A DNA stretch of 64,000 nucleotides from Squalus acanthias (Eukaryota), in contig CM059432.1 in the NCBI GenBank assembly GCA_030390025.1, positions 186,001 to 250,000 of the forward strand, written 5' to 3'. The translations under genes and the position numbers were made by a program. Positions 46,592-61,900 of the stretch are shown in pieces. The notes beneath the pieces were generated by a model. It made no database searches, was not told the origin of the DNA, and saw only the letters and a list, made by a program, of their open reading frames with translations. How positions within the stretch are numbered: position 1 is the first letter of the stretch; the number at the start of each line of letters is the position of its first letter.

Positions 46592-47059
46592 TGTAAGACG
46601 CACGGAAATCGCCCCTCGCCCCGTACAACAGTTTATAGAGTTCAGACCCGTCGAACAGACAACACAAAACCCAATGAATCTGTGAAAACGTCTTTTATTT
46701 AAAAATCAGCAAGAGATTACAAGTAATCCGATAGTCTTGTAACGTATAATAATTCCCAATTATACCTCAGCATACACAGAGCTATCCCTTTACTTTAAGC
46801 TCAAGCAAAACACCACGTACGCACTAACACCAGTGAGCGGTCAATCCGGCAGTGACGAGACGTATGATTTCTGGCAACTGACCAGGTCGCCCGGCTGCAG
46901 CGGCGAGTGGTCAATTTACAGCATCTTTTATACCCCAATACTTGGCAACCCTCCCACTGTGTCCGTGTCTCTAACTATACGGACAATGGTCAGCGGTTGT
47001 TTCTCAGTTCTTCTTCTCAATAGTTCGTTGAGCCTCCGTGGGTTTCGAGGCCGGTTACA
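46592..47059 (-). mobile_element. Possible small solo LTR (468 bp)
   Basis: TGTAA...TTACA termini; on minus, TATAAAAA ~46932 precedes AATAAA ~46699; no 4-6-bp TSD. Confidence 0.45.
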
Positions 47060-47063
47060 TTCC

Positions 47064-48220
47064 ATAAGAACATAAGAAACAGGAGCAGGAGTCGGCCAAT
47101 CGGCCCCTCGAGCCTGCTCCGCCATTCAATAAGATCATGGCTGATCCAATCTTGGCCTCAACTCCACTTTCCCGCCCGCTCCCCATAACCCTCGACTCCC
47201 CTGTAGCTCAAATCTCTGTCAATCTCCGCCTTGAATATATTCACTGACTCGGCCTCCACAGCTCACTGGGGTAGAGAATTCCAAAGATTCACGACCCTCT
47301 GAGAGAAGAAATTCCTCCTCATCTCTGTTTTAAATGGGCGACCCCTTATCCTGAAACTATTCCCCCTAGTTCTAGATTCCCCCACGAGGGGAAACATCCT
47401 CTCTGCATCTACCCTGTCGAGCCCCCTCAGAATCTTATATGTTTCAATAAGATCACCTCTCATTCTTCTAAACTCCAATGAGTATAGGCCCAGCCTGCTC
47501 AACCTTTCTTCATAAGCCAACCCCTTCATCTCAGGAATTAACCTCGTGAACCTTCTCTGAACAGCCTCCAACGCAAGTATATCCTTCCTTAAATAAGGAG
47601 ACCAAAACTGTACGCAGTACTCCAGGTGTGGTCTCCCTGTACAATTGTAGCAAAACGTCCCTACTTTTATACTCTATCCCCCTTGCAATAAAGGTCAACA
47701 TTCCATTAGCCTTCCTAATTACTTGCTGTACCTGCATGCTAACTTTTTGTGTTTCATGTATCAGGACCCCCAGATCGCTCTGTACCTCAGCATTTTGTAG
47801 TCTCTCTCCATTTAAATAATAATTTGATTTTTTATTCTTCCTACCAAAGTGGATAACCTCACATTTTCCAACATTATAATCCATCTGCCAAATCTTTGCC
47901 CACTCACTTAACCTATCTATATTCCTTTGCAGACTCTTTGTGTCCTCCTCACGGCTTACTGTCCCACCTAGCTTTGTATCATCAGCAAATTTGGCTGCAG
48001 TACACTCGGTCCCTTCATCCAAGTCATTAATATAGATTGTAAACAGTTGAGGCCCAAGCACTGATCCCTGTGGCACCCCACTAGTTACAGTTTGCCAACC
48101 TGAAAATGACCCATTTATCCCGACTCTCTGTTTTCTGTTAGTTAGCCAATCATCTATCCATGCTAATATATTACCCCCAACACCGTGAGCTCTTATCTTG
48201 TGCAGTAACCTTTTATGTAT
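47064..48220 (-). mobile_element. CR1 RT 3' fragment
   Basis: ORFs 47531..48241 and 47263..47571. Confidence 0.9.
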
Positions 48221-48449
48221 GACATGAATCTTGTCATTCACGAATGAAGTAATACTGAGCGGCCTGCTGGTGGCGCTGTCCAGGGAGAGTATAAATACTC
48301 GGGCATGGGCCCAGCTTGCTTAGGACATTCCTCAACAGGAACTAGTGAAGGACACAACTAGATCTCCATGTTGAAAAACAGTTGATTAAAGCTTTGTTTA
48401 ACGCTTAGACCAAGTGCCTAGTAGTTTTCTTACGTCGATGTACATATTC

Positions 48450-49069
48450 ATGTACAAGGACACGCAGGTCCCACTAAATGCAAACATTTCCCAGTCTCTC
48501 ACCATTCAAAATATATTCTGCTTTTTTGTTTTTCCTACCAAAGTGGATAACTTCACACTTCCCCACATTGTATTCCATTTGCCTTGTTCTTCCCCACTCA
48601 GTCAACCTGTCTATATCTCTCTGCAGCCTCTTTGCGTCCTCCTCACAGCTTACTTTCCCACCTAACTTTGTACCATCAGCAAACTTGGATATGTTACACT
48701 CAGTCCTTTCATCTAAGTCATTAATATAGATTGTAAATAGCTGAGGCCCAGGCACGGATCCTTGCGGTACCCCACTAGTTACAGCCTGCCAACCTGAAAA
48801 AGTCCTGTTTATTCCTACTCCCGGTTTTCTGTCCATTAACCAATCCTCAATCCATGCTAATATATTACCCCCAATCCCATGAGTGCTAATTTTGTGTAAT
48901 AACCCCTTATCCATCCTATTAGTTACATCTTCAAAAAGCTGTCACAAATTTGTCAAACACAATGTCCCTTTCATAAATCCATATTGACTCTGCCTAATTA
49001 TACTACAATTTTCTAAGTGCCCTGTTACCACGTCCCTAATAATAGATTTTAGCATTTTGCCTACTATTG
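48450..49069 (-). mobile_element. CR1 RT fragment running into the gap
   Basis: ORF 48474..48914. Confidence 0.85.
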
Positions 49070-49569
49070 NNNNNNNNNNNNNNNNNNNNNNNNNNNNNNN
49101 NNNNNNNNNNNNNNNNNNNNNNNNNNNNNNNNNNNNNNNNNNNNNNNNNNNNNNNNNNNNNNNNNNNNNNNNNNNNNNNNNNNNNNNNNNNNNNNNNNNN
49201 NNNNNNNNNNNNNNNNNNNNNNNNNNNNNNNNNNNNNNNNNNNNNNNNNNNNNNNNNNNNNNNNNNNNNNNNNNNNNNNNNNNNNNNNNNNNNNNNNNNN
49301 NNNNNNNNNNNNNNNNNNNNNNNNNNNNNNNNNNNNNNNNNNNNNNNNNNNNNNNNNNNNNNNNNNNNNNNNNNNNNNNNNNNNNNNNNNNNNNNNNNNN
49401 NNNNNNNNNNNNNNNNNNNNNNNNNNNNNNNNNNNNNNNNNNNNNNNNNNNNNNNNNNNNNNNNNNNNNNNNNNNNNNNNNNNNNNNNNNNNNNNNNNNN
49501 NNNNNNNNNNNNNNNNNNNNNNNNNNNNNNNNNNNNNNNNNNNNNNNNNNNNNNNNNNNNNNNNNNNNN
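49070..49569. other. Assembly gap (500 N)
   Basis: Run of N. Confidence 1.
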
Positions 49570-50800
49570 GGGGCAGTACTGAGGGAGGCTCGCACTGTCG
49601 GAGGGGCAGTACTGAGGGAGTACTGCACTGTCGGAGGGGCAGTACTGAGGGAGAGCCGCACTGTCGGAGGAGCAGTACTGAGGGAGAGCCGCGCTGTCGG
49701 AGGGGCAGTTCTGAGGGAGCGCCGCACTGTCGGAGGGGCAGTACTGAGGGAGTGCCGCACTGTCGGAGGGACAGTACTGAGGGAGCGCCGCACTGTCGGA
49801 GGGACAGTACTGAGGGAGCCCTGCACTGTCGAAGGGGCAGTACTGAGGGAGGGCAGTACTGAGGCAGCACCGCACTGTCGGAGGGGCAGTACTGAGGGAG
49901 TGCCGCACTGTCGGAAGGGCAGTACTGAGGGAGAGCCGCACTGTCGGAGGGGCAGTACTGAGGGAGAGCCGCACTGTCGGAGGGGCATTACTGAGAGAGT
50001 GCCGCACTGTCGGAGGGGCAGTACTGAGGGAGAGCCGCACTGTCGGAGGGGCAGTACTGAGGGAGAGCCGCACTGTCGGAGGGGCAGTACTGAGGGAAAG
50101 CCGCACTGTCGGAGGGGCAGTACTGAGGGAGTGCCGCACTGTCGGAGGGGCAGTACTGAGGGAGAGCCGCACTGTCGGAGGGGCAGTACTGAGGGAGCGC
50201 CGCACTGTCGGAGGGTCAGCACTGAGGGAGAGCCGCACTGTCGGAGCGGCAGTACTGAAGGAGCGCCGCAATGTCGGAGGGGCAGTACTGCGGGAGCGCC
50301 GCACTGTCGGAGGGTCAGTACTGTGGGAGCGCCGCATTGTCGGAGGGGCAGTACTGAGGGAGCGCCGCACTGTCGGAGGGGCAGTACTGAGGGAGCGCTG
50401 CACTGTCGGAGGGGCAGTACTGAGGGAGCGCCGCACTGTCGGAGGGGCAGTACTGAGGGAGCGCCGCACTGTCGGAGGGGCAGTAATGAGGGAGCGCCGC
50501 ACTGTCGGAGGGGCAGTGCTGAGGGAGCGCCGCACTGTCGGAGGGGCAGTGCTGAGGGAGCGCCGCACTGTCGGAGGGGCAGTACTGAGGGAGCGCCGCA
50601 CTGTCGGAGGGGCAGTACTGAGGGAGCGCCGGACTGTCGGAGGGGCAGTGCTGAGGGAGCGCTGCACTGTCGGAGGTCAGTACTGAGGGAGCGCTGCACT
50701 GTCAGAGATTCAGTACTGAGGGAGCACTGCACTGTCAGAGGGGCAGTACTGAGGGAGTGCCGCACTGTCGGAGGGGCAGTATTGAGGAAACGCCGCACTG
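49570..50800 (+). repeat. 33-bp minisatellite block
   Basis: Same unit as 27187-28422. Confidence 0.95.
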
Positions 50801-51972
50801 TCCCGCATAAGAGATTAGCGTGTAAAGTTAAAGTACATGGGATTGGGGGCAAGGTACTGACTTGGATAGAGAACTGATTAGCAGACAGGAAGCAAAGAGT
50901 TGGAATAAACGGGTCTTTTTCCGAGTGGCAGGCAGTCACTAGTGGGGTACCGCAGGGATCGGTCCTTGGACCCCAGCTATTCACAATATATATTAATGAT
51001 CTAGACGAGGGAACTAGATGTAATATCTCCAAGTTTGCAGATGACACAAAGCTGGGTGGGCGTGTGTTCTGCGAGGAGGATGCCGAGAAACTCCAGTATG
51101 ATTTGGACAGGTTGGGTGATTGGGCAGAAGCGTGGCAGATGCAGTATAATGTGGATAAATGCGAGGTTATCCACTTTGGTGGCAAAAACAGAAAGGCAGA
51201 TTATTATCTGAACGGCAATAGATTGGGAGAAGGGGAAGTGCAACGAGACCTGGGTCTCCTTGTGCACCAGTCGCTGAAGGTAAGCATGCAGGTACAGCAG
51301 GCGGTTAAGAAGGCAAATGGTATGTTGGCCTTCGTAGCGAGAGGGTTTGAGTACAGGAACAAGGATGTCTTGCTGCAGCTGTACAGGGCCTTGGTGAGAC
51401 CACACCTTGAGTATTGTGTGCAGTTTTGGTCGCCTTATCTGAGGAAGGATGTTCTTGCCATGGAGGGTGTGCAGCGAAGATTCACCAGACTGATACCTGG
51501 GATGGCAGGAATGACGTACGAGGAGACATTGGGTCGATTGGGCTTTTACTCGCTGGAGTTTAGAAGAATGAGAGGAGATCTCATTGAAACTTATAAAATT
51601 CTAACAGGGCTAGACAGACTGGATGCAGGAAGGATGTTCCCGATGGCGGGTAAGTCCAGAACCAGGGGTCACAGTCTAAGGATAAGGGGTAAGCCATTTA
51701 GGACTGAGATGAGGAGGAATTTCTTCACCCAGAGAGTGGTGAACCTGTGGAATTCTCTACCACAGAAGGCAGTTGAGGCCAAGTCAGTAAAAATATTCAA
51801 GAAGGAGTTAGATATATTTCTTAAGGCTAAAGGTATCAAGGGATATGGGGAGAAAGCAGGGACAGGGTACTGAGTTTGGATGATCAGCCATGATCTCATC
51901 GAAAGTGGAGCAGGCTCGAGGGGCCGAATGGCCTACTCCTGCTCCTATCTTCTATGTTTCTATGTTTCTATG
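50801..51972 (+). mobile_element. CR1 RT 3' fragment inserted into the 33-bp array
   Basis: ORF 51064..51873; (TTTCTATG)n tail; the array resumes at 51973. Confidence 0.9.
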
Positions 51973-52600
51973 TTGGAGGGTCAGTACTGAGGGAGCGCTG
52001 CACTGTCGGAGGGGCAGGACTGAGGGAGCGCTTCACTGTCGGAGGGGCAGTCCTGAGGGAGCGCCGCACTGTCGGAGGGGCAGGACTGAGGGAGCACTTC
52101 ACTGTCGGAGGGGCAGTACTGAGGGAGAGCCGCACTGTCGGAGGGGCAGTACTGAGGGAGCGCCGCACTGTCGGAGGGGCAGTACTGAGGGAGCGCTGCA
52201 CTGTCGGAGGGACAGTACTGAGGGAGTGCCTCACTGTCGGAGGGACAGTACTGAGGGAGTGCCGCACTGTCGGAGGGGCAGTACTGAGGGAGTGCTGCAA
52301 TGTCGGAGGTGCCGTCTTTCGGATGAGACTTTAAACCGAGGTCCCGTCTGCTCTCAGGTGGATGCAAAAGATCCCATGGCACTATTTCGAAGAAGAGCCA
52401 ACATTTATCCCTCAACCAACATTACTGAAACAGATTAACTGCTCATTATCACACTGCTGTTTGTGGGAGCTTGCTGTGCGCAAATTGGCTGCCACGTTTC
52501 CTACATTACAACAGTGACTACTCTTCAAACGTACTCCAGTGGCAGTGAATCGCTTTGGGTGGTTCGGTGGTGAAAGGCGCTAGAGAAAGTCTTTCTTTCT
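51973..52600 (+). mobile_element. 33-bp units continuing into the 3' body of the same SINE
   Basis: GGAGGTGCCGTCTTTCGGATGAGAC...AAAGGCGCTAGAG...TCTTTCTT. Confidence 0.8.
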
Positions 52601-52954
52601 TGTATTAATCACCATCGCTGTGAAGCAAAGTGGAGAATGGCCGGTCTCTCGAACCTGGATAAACGGGCAGGGGTCCCACCACAACAAATCATTTCGAATG
52701 TCCTTTGTGCTGTGGATGTGGGCAATGTTACATTTATTGCCCTTGTTGCCCTGCACACATTAAGAGGCGACCATGTGGAGTAGGACTGGAGTCACGTGCA
52801 GACCCAGACCGGGCAGAATCCCCTCCCTGAAGAACAATCCGTCAGTTTTCACCATCACTGAATCTGATTTCCCGATTTATTAACTGCAATTTCCCAACAG
52901 GGATGATGGGATTGGAACCCACCACCTTTGGATTGCGAGTCCAGTACCAGAACT

Positions 52955-55900
52955 GCTAGACGACCGTCCCCCGCTAGACGACCGTCCCCCGCTCGACGAC
53001 CGTACCCACTAGACGACCATACCCGCTAGACGACCGTCCCCCGCTAGACGACTGTCCCCCGCGAGACGACCGTCCCCCGCTAGATGACCGTCCCCCACTA
53101 GACGACCGTCCCCCGTTAGACGACCATACCCGCTAGACGACCGTCCCCCGCTAGACGACCATCCCCTGCTAGACGACCATCCCCCACGCGACGACCGTAC
53201 CCACTAGATGACCATCCCCTGCTAGACGACCGTACCCTGCTAGACGACCATACCCACTAGATGACCATCCCCTGCTAGATGACCATCCCCCGCTAGACGA
53301 CCGTCCCCCGCTAGCCGACGGTAACCCACGAGACGACCATCCCCCACTAGACGACTGTCCCCCAAAAGACGACCGTACCACATGAGACGACCGTCCCCCG
53401 CTAGACGACCGTCCCCCGCTAGACGACCGTACCCTGCTAGACGACCGTCCCCCGCGAGACGACCGTTCCCCACGAGACTACCATCCCCCGCTAGACGACC
53501 ATCCCCCGCTAGACGACCATCCCCTGCCAGACGACCGTCCCCTGCCAGACGATCGTCCCCTGCCAGACGACCGTCCCCCGCTAGACGACCGTCCCCCCGC
53601 TCGACGACCGTACCCCGCTAGACGACCGTACCCCACGAGACGACCGTCCCCCGCTAGACAACCATACCCGCTAGACGACCGTCCCCCGTTAGATGACCGT
53701 CCCCTGCCAGACGACCGTCCCCTGCCAGACGACCGTCCCCCGCTAGATGACCGTACCCCGCTAGACGACGGTAACCCGCTAGACGACCGTCCCTCGCTAG
53801 ACGACGGTAACCCGCTAGACGACCGTCCCTCGCTAGACGACCGTACCCCACGAGACGACTGTACCCCACGAGACGACCGTACCCCACGAGACGACTGTCC
53901 CCCGCTAGACGACCGTCCCCCGCTAGACGACCATCCCCCGCTAGATGACCGTACCCCACTAGACGACCGTACCCCACGAGACGACCGTACCCCACTAGAC
54001 GACCGTCCCCCGCTCGACGACCGTACCCACTAGACGACCATACCCGCTAGACGACCGTCCCCCGCTAGACGACTGTCCCCCGCGAGACGACCGTCCCCCG
54101 CTAGATGACCGTCCCCCACTAGACGACCGTCCCCCGTTAGACGACCATACCCGCTAGACGACCGTCCCCCGCTAGACGACCATCCCCTGCTAGACGACCA
54201 TCCCCTGCTAGACGACCGTACCCTGCTAGACGACCATACCCACTAGATGACCATCCCCTGCTAGATGACCATCCCCCGCTAGACGACCGTCCCCCGCTAG
54301 CCGACGGTAACCCACGAGACGACTATCCCCCACTAGACGACTGTCCCCCAAAAGACGACCATACCACATGAGACGACCGTCCCCCGCTAGACGACCATCC
54401 CCCGCTAGACGACCGTACCCTGCTAGACGACCGTCCCCCGCGAGACGACCGGTGCTCCGGTTTCCTCCCACAGTCCAAAAATGTGCGAGTTAGGTTGATT
54501 TGGCTATGATAAATTGACCCTTAGTGTTAGGGGTTGGATTAAATATATGGGGATAGGATGGGATATGTTAGGGGGAATTAAATACGTGGGGTTAAGGGGG
54601 TAGGGTGGGATATGTGTACTGTGGGGATTAAAGCAGGGACAGGGTACTGGATTTGGATGATCAGCCATGATCGTATTGAATGGTGGAGCAGGCTCGACGG
54701 GCCGAATGGCCTACTCCTGCTCCTAGATTCTATGTTTCTATGTTTCTATGTTCCCCACGAGACTACCATCCCCCGCTAGACGACCATCCCCCGCTAGACG
54801 ACCATCCCCTGCCAGACGACCGTCCCCTGCCAGACGACCGTCCCCTGCCAGACGACCGTCCCCCGCTAGACGACCGTCCCCCCGCTCGACGACCGTACCC
54901 CGCTAGACGACCGTACCCCACGAGACGACCGTCCCCCGCTAGACGACCATACCCGCTAGACGACCGTCCCCCGTTAGATGACCGTCCCCTGCCAGACGAC
55001 CGTCCCCTGCCAGACGACCGTCCCCCGCTAGATGACCGTACCCCGCTAGACGACGGTAACCCGCTAGACGACCGTCCCTCGCTAGACGACGGTAACCCGC
55101 TAGACGACCGTCCCTCGCTAGACGACCGTACCCCACGAGATGACTGTACCCCACGAGACGACCGTACCCCACGAGACGACCGCCCCTCGCTAGACGACCG
55201 TCCCCCGCTAGACGACCATCCCCCGCTAGACGACCGTACCCCACTAGACGACCGTACCCCATGAGACGACCGTACCCCACTAGACGACCGTACCCCACGA
55301 GACGACCGTACCCTGCTAGACGACCGTCCCCGCTAGACGACCATACCCCGCTAGACGACCGTACCCCGCTAGACGACCGTCCCCCGCTAGACGACCGTCC
55401 CCCGCTAGACTACCATCCCCCGTTAGACGACCGTCCCCTGCCAGACGACCGTCCCCTGCCAGACGACCGTCCCCTGCCAGATGACCGTCCCCCGCCAGAC
55501 GTCCATCCCCCGCGAGACGACCGTCCCCCGCCAGACGACCGTCCCCCGCCAGACGACCGTCCCCCGCCAGACGACCGTCCCCCGCCAGACGACCGTCCCC
55601 CGCGAGACGACCGTCCCCCGCCAGATGACCGTCCGCTGCCAGACGACCGTCCCCTGCTAGACGATCGTCCCCTGCCAGACGACCGTCCCCTGCTAGACGA
55701 CCGTCCCCCGCTAGACGACGGTAACCCATGAGACGACCGTCCCCCGCGAGAGGACCGTCCCCCGCTAGACGACCGTCCCCTGCTAGACGACCGTCCCCGC
55801 TAGACGTGCATCCCCCGCTAGACGACCGTCCCCGTTAGATGACCGTCCCCTGCTAGACGACCGTCCCCTGCCAGACGACCGTCCCCTGCCAGACGACCGT

Positions 55901-58900
55901 CCCCTGCCAGACGACCGTCCCCCGCTAGACGACCGTCCCCCGCGAGATGACCGTCCCCCGCTAGACGACCGTCCCCCGCTAGACTACCGTCCCCCGCTAG
56001 ACGACCGTCCCCTGCCAGACGACCGTACCCCGCTAGACGACCGTCCCCCGCTAGACGACGGTAACCCACGAGACGACCATACCCCATGAGACGACCGTCC
56101 CCTGCTGGACGACCGTCCCCCGCTAGACGACCGTCCCCTGCCAGACGACCGTACCACGCTAGACGACCGTCCCCCGCTAGACGACCGTACCCCGCTAGAC
56201 GACCGTCCCCCGCTAGATGACCGTCCCTCGCTAGACGACCGTCCCCCGCTAGACGACCGTCCCCCGCAAGATGACCGTCCCCCGCTAGACGACCATACCC
56301 CGCTAGATGACCGTCCCCCGCTAGATGACCGTACCCCACGAGACGACCGTACCCCTCTAGACGACCGTACCCCACGAGATGACCGTCCCCCGCTAGACGA
56401 CCGTCCCCCGTTATACGACCGTCCCCTACCAGACGAGCGTCCCCTGCTAGATGACCATCCCCCGCCAGACGACCGTCCCCGCTAGACGACAGTACCCCGC
56501 CAGACGACCGTCCCCTGCCAGATGACCGTCCCCCGCTAGACGACCGTCCCCGCTAGACGACAGTACCCCGCTAGACGACCGTCCCCCGCTAGATGACCGT
56601 AACCCAGGAGACGACTGTCCCCCGCTAGACGACCGTCCCCTGCTAGACGACCGTACCCCACAAGATGATCGTCCCCCGCTAGACGACCGTCCCCCGCTAG
56701 ACAATCGTCCCCCAATAGACGACCGTCCCCCACTAGACGACCGTACCCCACGAGATGACAGTCCCCCGCTAGACGACCGTACCCCACTAGTCGTCCGTAC
56801 CCCACGAGACAACCGTCCCCTGCTAGATGACCATACCCGCTAGACGACCATCCCCCGCTAGACGACCGTCCCCCGCTAGATGACCGTCCCCTGCCAGACG
56901 ACCGTCCCCTGCCAGACGACCGTCCCCTGCCAGACGACCGTCCCCCGCTAGATGACCGTACCCTGCTAGACATCCGTACCCCACGAGACGACCGTACCCA
57001 ACGAGACGACCGTCCCCCACTAGACGACCGTACCCCACTAGACGACCGTACCCCACTAGACGACCGTCCCCTGCCAGACGACCGTCCCCTGCCAGACGAC
57101 CGTCCCCCGCCAGACGACCGTCCCCCGCTAGACGACCGTCCCCCGCTAGATGACCGTGCCCTGCCAGACGACCGTCCCCCGCTAGACGACCGTCCCCCAC
57201 TAGATGACCGTCCCCCGCTAGATGACCGTACCCCGCTAGATGACCGTACCCCACGAGACGACCATACCCGCTAGACGACCGTCCCCCGCTAGACGACCGT
57301 CCCCCGCTAGATGACCGTCCCCCGCTAGATAACCTCCCCCGTTAGATGACCGTACCCTGCTAGATGACCGTACCCCGCTAGATGACCGTACCCCGCTAGA
57401 TAACCTCCCCCATTAGATGACCGTACCCTGCTAGATGACCGTACCCCGCTAGACGACCGTACCCCGCTAGATGACCATACCCTGCTAGATGACCGTAGCC
57501 CGCTAGATGACCATACCCTGCTAGATGACCGTAGCCCGCTAGATGACCGTACCCTGCTAGATGACCGTCCCCCGCTAGATGACCGTACCCTGCTAGATGA
57601 CCGTACCCCGCTAGATGACCGTACCCCGCTAGATGACCGTACCCCGCTAGATGACCGTACCCTGCTAGACGACCGTACCCCGCTAGATGACCGTACCCTG
57701 CTAGGCGACCGTACCCCGCTAGATGACCGTACCCCGCTAGATGACCGTACCCTGCTAGATGACCATACACTGCTAAATGACCATACCCTGCTAGATGACC
57801 GTACACTGCTAGATGACCGTACCCCGCTAGATGGCCGTACCCTGCCAGACGACCGTCCCCCGCTAGACGACCGTCCCCCACTAGACGACCAGTACCCCGC
57901 TAGACTACCGTACCCCACGAGATGACCGTCCCTCGCTAGACGACCGTACCCCGCTAGATGACCGTACCCCGCTAGATGACCGTACCCCGCTAGATGACCG
58001 TACCCCGCTAGACGACCGTCCCCGTTAGACGACCGTCCCCTGCCAGACGAGCGTCCCCTGCTAGATGACCGTCCCCCGCCAGACGACCGTCCCCTGCCAG
58101 ATGACCGTCCCCGCTAGACGACCGTCCCCCGCTAGACAACCGTCCCCCGCTAGATGACCGTAACCCACGAGACGACTGTCCCCCGCTAGACGACCGTCCC
58201 CTGCTAAACGACCGTACCCCACAAGATCACAGTCCCCCGCTAGACGCCCGTCCCCTGCTAGACGACCGTACCCCACGAGACGACCGTCCCCCACTAGACG
58301 ACCGTACCCCACTAGACGACCGTACCCCACTAGACGACCGTCCCCTGCCAGACGACCGTCCCCTGCCAGACGACCGTCCCCTGCCAGACGACCGTCCCCC
58401 GCTAGACGACCGTCCCCTGCTAGATGACCGTGCCCTGCCAGACGACCGTCCCCCGCTAGACGACCGTCCCCCACTAGATGACCGTCCCCCGCTAGATGAC
58501 CGTACCCCGCTAGATGACCGTACCCCACGAGACGACCATACCCGCTAGACGAACGTCCCCCGCTAGACGACCGTCCCCCGCTAGATGACCGTCCCCCGCT
58601 AGACGACCGTCCCCTGCCAGACGACCGTCCCCTGCTAGACGACCGTCCCCTGCCAGACGAAGGTCCCCCGCTAGATAACCTCCCCCGTTAGATGACCGTA
58701 CCCTGCTAGATGACCGTACCCCGCTAGATGACCGTACCCCGCTAGATAACCTCCCCCGTTAGATGACCGTACCCTGCTAGATGACCGTACCCCGCTAGAC
58801 GACCGTACCCCGCTAGATGACCATACCTTGCTAGATGACCGTAGCCCGCTAGATGACCATACCCTGCTAGATGACCGTAGCCCGCTAGATGACCGTCCCC

Positions 58901-61900
58901 TGCCAGACGACCGTCCCCTGCCAGACGACCGTCCCCTGCCAGACGACCGTCCCCGCTAGACGACCGTCCCCTGCTAGATGACCGTGCCCTGCCAGACGAC
59001 CGTCCCCCGCTAGACGACCATCCCCCACTAGATGACCGTCCCCCGCTAGATGACCGTACCCCGCTAGATGACCGTACCCCACGAGACGACCATACCCGCT
59101 AGACGAACGTCCCCCGCTAGACGACCGTCCCCCGCTAGATGACCGTCCCCCGCTAGACGACCGTCCCCTGCCAGACGACCGTCCCCTGCTAGACGACCGT
59201 CCCCTGCCAGACGAAGGTCCCCCGCTAGATAACCTCCCCCGTTAGATGACCGTACCCTGCTAGATGACCGTACCCCGCTAGATGACCGTACCCCGCTAGA
59301 TAACCTCCCCCGTTAGATGACCGTACCCTGCTAGATGACCGTACCCCGCTAGACGACCGTACCCCGCTAGATGACCATACCTTGCTAGATGACCGTAGCC
59401 CGCTAGATGACCATACCCTGCTAGATGACCGTAGCCCGCTAGATGACCGTCCCCTGCCAGACGACCGTCCCCTGCCAGACGACCGTCCCCTGCCAGACGA
59501 CCGTCCCCGCTAGACGACCGTCCCCTGCTAGATGACCGTGCCCTGCCAGACGACCGTCCCCCGCTAGACGACCATCCCCCACTAGATGACCGTCCCCCGC
59601 TAGATGACCGTACCCCGCTAGATGACCGTACCCCACGAGACGACCATACCCGCTAGACGAACGTCCCCCGCTAGACGACCGTCCCCCGCTAGATGACCGT
59701 CCCCCGCTAGACGACCGTCCCCTGCCAGACGACCGTCCCCTGCTAGACGACCGTCCCCTGCCAGACGAAGGTCCCCCGCTAGATAACCTCCCCCGTTAGA
59801 TGACCGTACCCTGCTAGATGACCGTACCCCGCTAGATGACCGTACCCCGCTAGATAACCTCCCCCGTTAGATGACCGTACCCTGCTAGATGACCGTACCC
59901 CGCTAGACGACCGTACCCCGCTAGATGACCATACCTTGCTAGATGACCGTAGCCCGCTAGATGACCATACCCTGCTAGATGACCGTAGCCCGCTAGATGA
60001 CCGTACCCTGCTTGATGACCGTCCCCCGCTAGATGACCGTACCCTGCTAGATGACCATACCCCGCTAAATGACCATACCCTGCTAGATGACCGTACACTG
60101 CTAGATGACCGTACCCCGCTAGATGGCCGTACCCTGCCAGACGACCGTCCCCCGCTAGACGTCCGTCCCCCACTAGACGACCGTACCCCGCTAGACTACC
60201 GTACCCCAGGAGATGACCGTCCCCCGCTAGACGACCGTACCCCGCTAGATGACCTTACCCCGCTAGATGACCGTACCCCGCTAGATGACCGTACCCCGCT
60301 AGACGACCGTACCCCGCTAGACGACCGTACCCCACGAGATGACCGTCCCCCGCTAGACGACCGTCCCCGTTAGACGACCGTCCCCTGCCAGACGAGCGTC
60401 CCCTGCTAGATGACCATCCCCCGCCAGACGACCGTCCCCTGCCAGATGACCGTCCCCGCTAGACGACCGTCCCCCGCTAGATGACCGTAACCCACGAGAC
60501 GACTGTCCCCCGCTAGACGACCGTCCCCTGCTAAACGACCGTACCCCACAAGATCACAGGCCCCCGCTAGACGCCCATCCCCTGCCAGACGACCGTACCC
60601 CACGAGATGATCGTCCCCCGCTAGACGACTTTCCCCCGCTAGACAACCGTCCCCCACTAGACGACCGTACCCCACGAGACGACCGTCCCACGCTAGACGA
60701 CCGTACCCACTAGACGTCTGTACCCCACGAGACAACCGTCCCCCGCTAGACGACCATACCCGCTAGACGACCGTCCCCCGCTAGACGACCGTCCCCGCTA
60801 AATGACCGTCCCCCGCTAGACGACCGTCCCATGCCAGACGACCGTCCCCTGCTAGATGACCGTCCCCTGCCAGACGACCGTCCCCTGCCAGACAACCGTC
60901 CCCCGCTAGATGACCGTCCCCCGGTAGACGACCGTCCCCCGCTAGATGACCGTCCCCCGCTAGATGACCGTACCCTGCTAGATGACCGTACCTTGCTATA
61001 TGACCGTACCCCGCTAGATGACCGTACCCCGCTAGATGACCGTACCCTGCTAGATGACCGTACTCCGCTAGATGACCGTACTCCGCTAGATGACCGTACC
61101 CCACTAGATGACCGTACCCTGCTAGATGACCGTACCCCGCTAGATGACCGTCCCCCGCTAGATGACCGTACCCCGCAAGATGACCGTACCCTGCTAGATG
61201 ACCGTACCCCGCTAGATGACCGTACCCCGCTAGATGACCGTACCCCGCTAGACGACCGTCCCCTGCCGGACGACCGTCCCATGCTAGACGACCGTCCCCT
61301 GCCAGACGACCGTCCCCGCTAGACGACCATCCCCCGCTAGACGACCGTACCCCATGAGATGATCATCCCCCGCTAGACGGCCGTCCCCTGCTAGATGACC
61401 GTACGCCACGAGAAGACCATACCCCGCTAGACGACCGTACCCCATGAGACGACCGTCCCACACTAGACGACCGTCCCCCACTAGACGACCGTACGCCACG
61501 AGAAGACCATATTCCGCTAGACGACCGTACCCCACGAGACGACCGTACCCCACTAGACGACCGTCCCCCACTAGACGACCGTACCCCACTAGATGACCGT
61601 CCCCTGCCAGACGACCGTGCCCCACTAGACGACCGTCCCCCGCTAGACGACCGTCCCCCGCTAGATGACCTTCCGCCGCTAGACGACCGTCCCCGCTAGA
61701 CGACCGTCCCCCGCTAGACGACCGTCCCCTGCTATACGACCGTCCCCTGCCAGACGACCATCCCCTGCCAGACGACCATCCCCTGCCAGACGACCGTCCC
61801 CTGCCAGACGACCGTCCCCCGCTAGACGACCGTCCCCTGCCAGACGACCGTCCCCCACTAGATGACCGTCCCCCGCGAGACGACCGTCCCCCACTAGACG

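Noticed and set aside
48942..51185. ORFs of 540-750 aa
   Set aside because: They span the N gap and satellite sequence.
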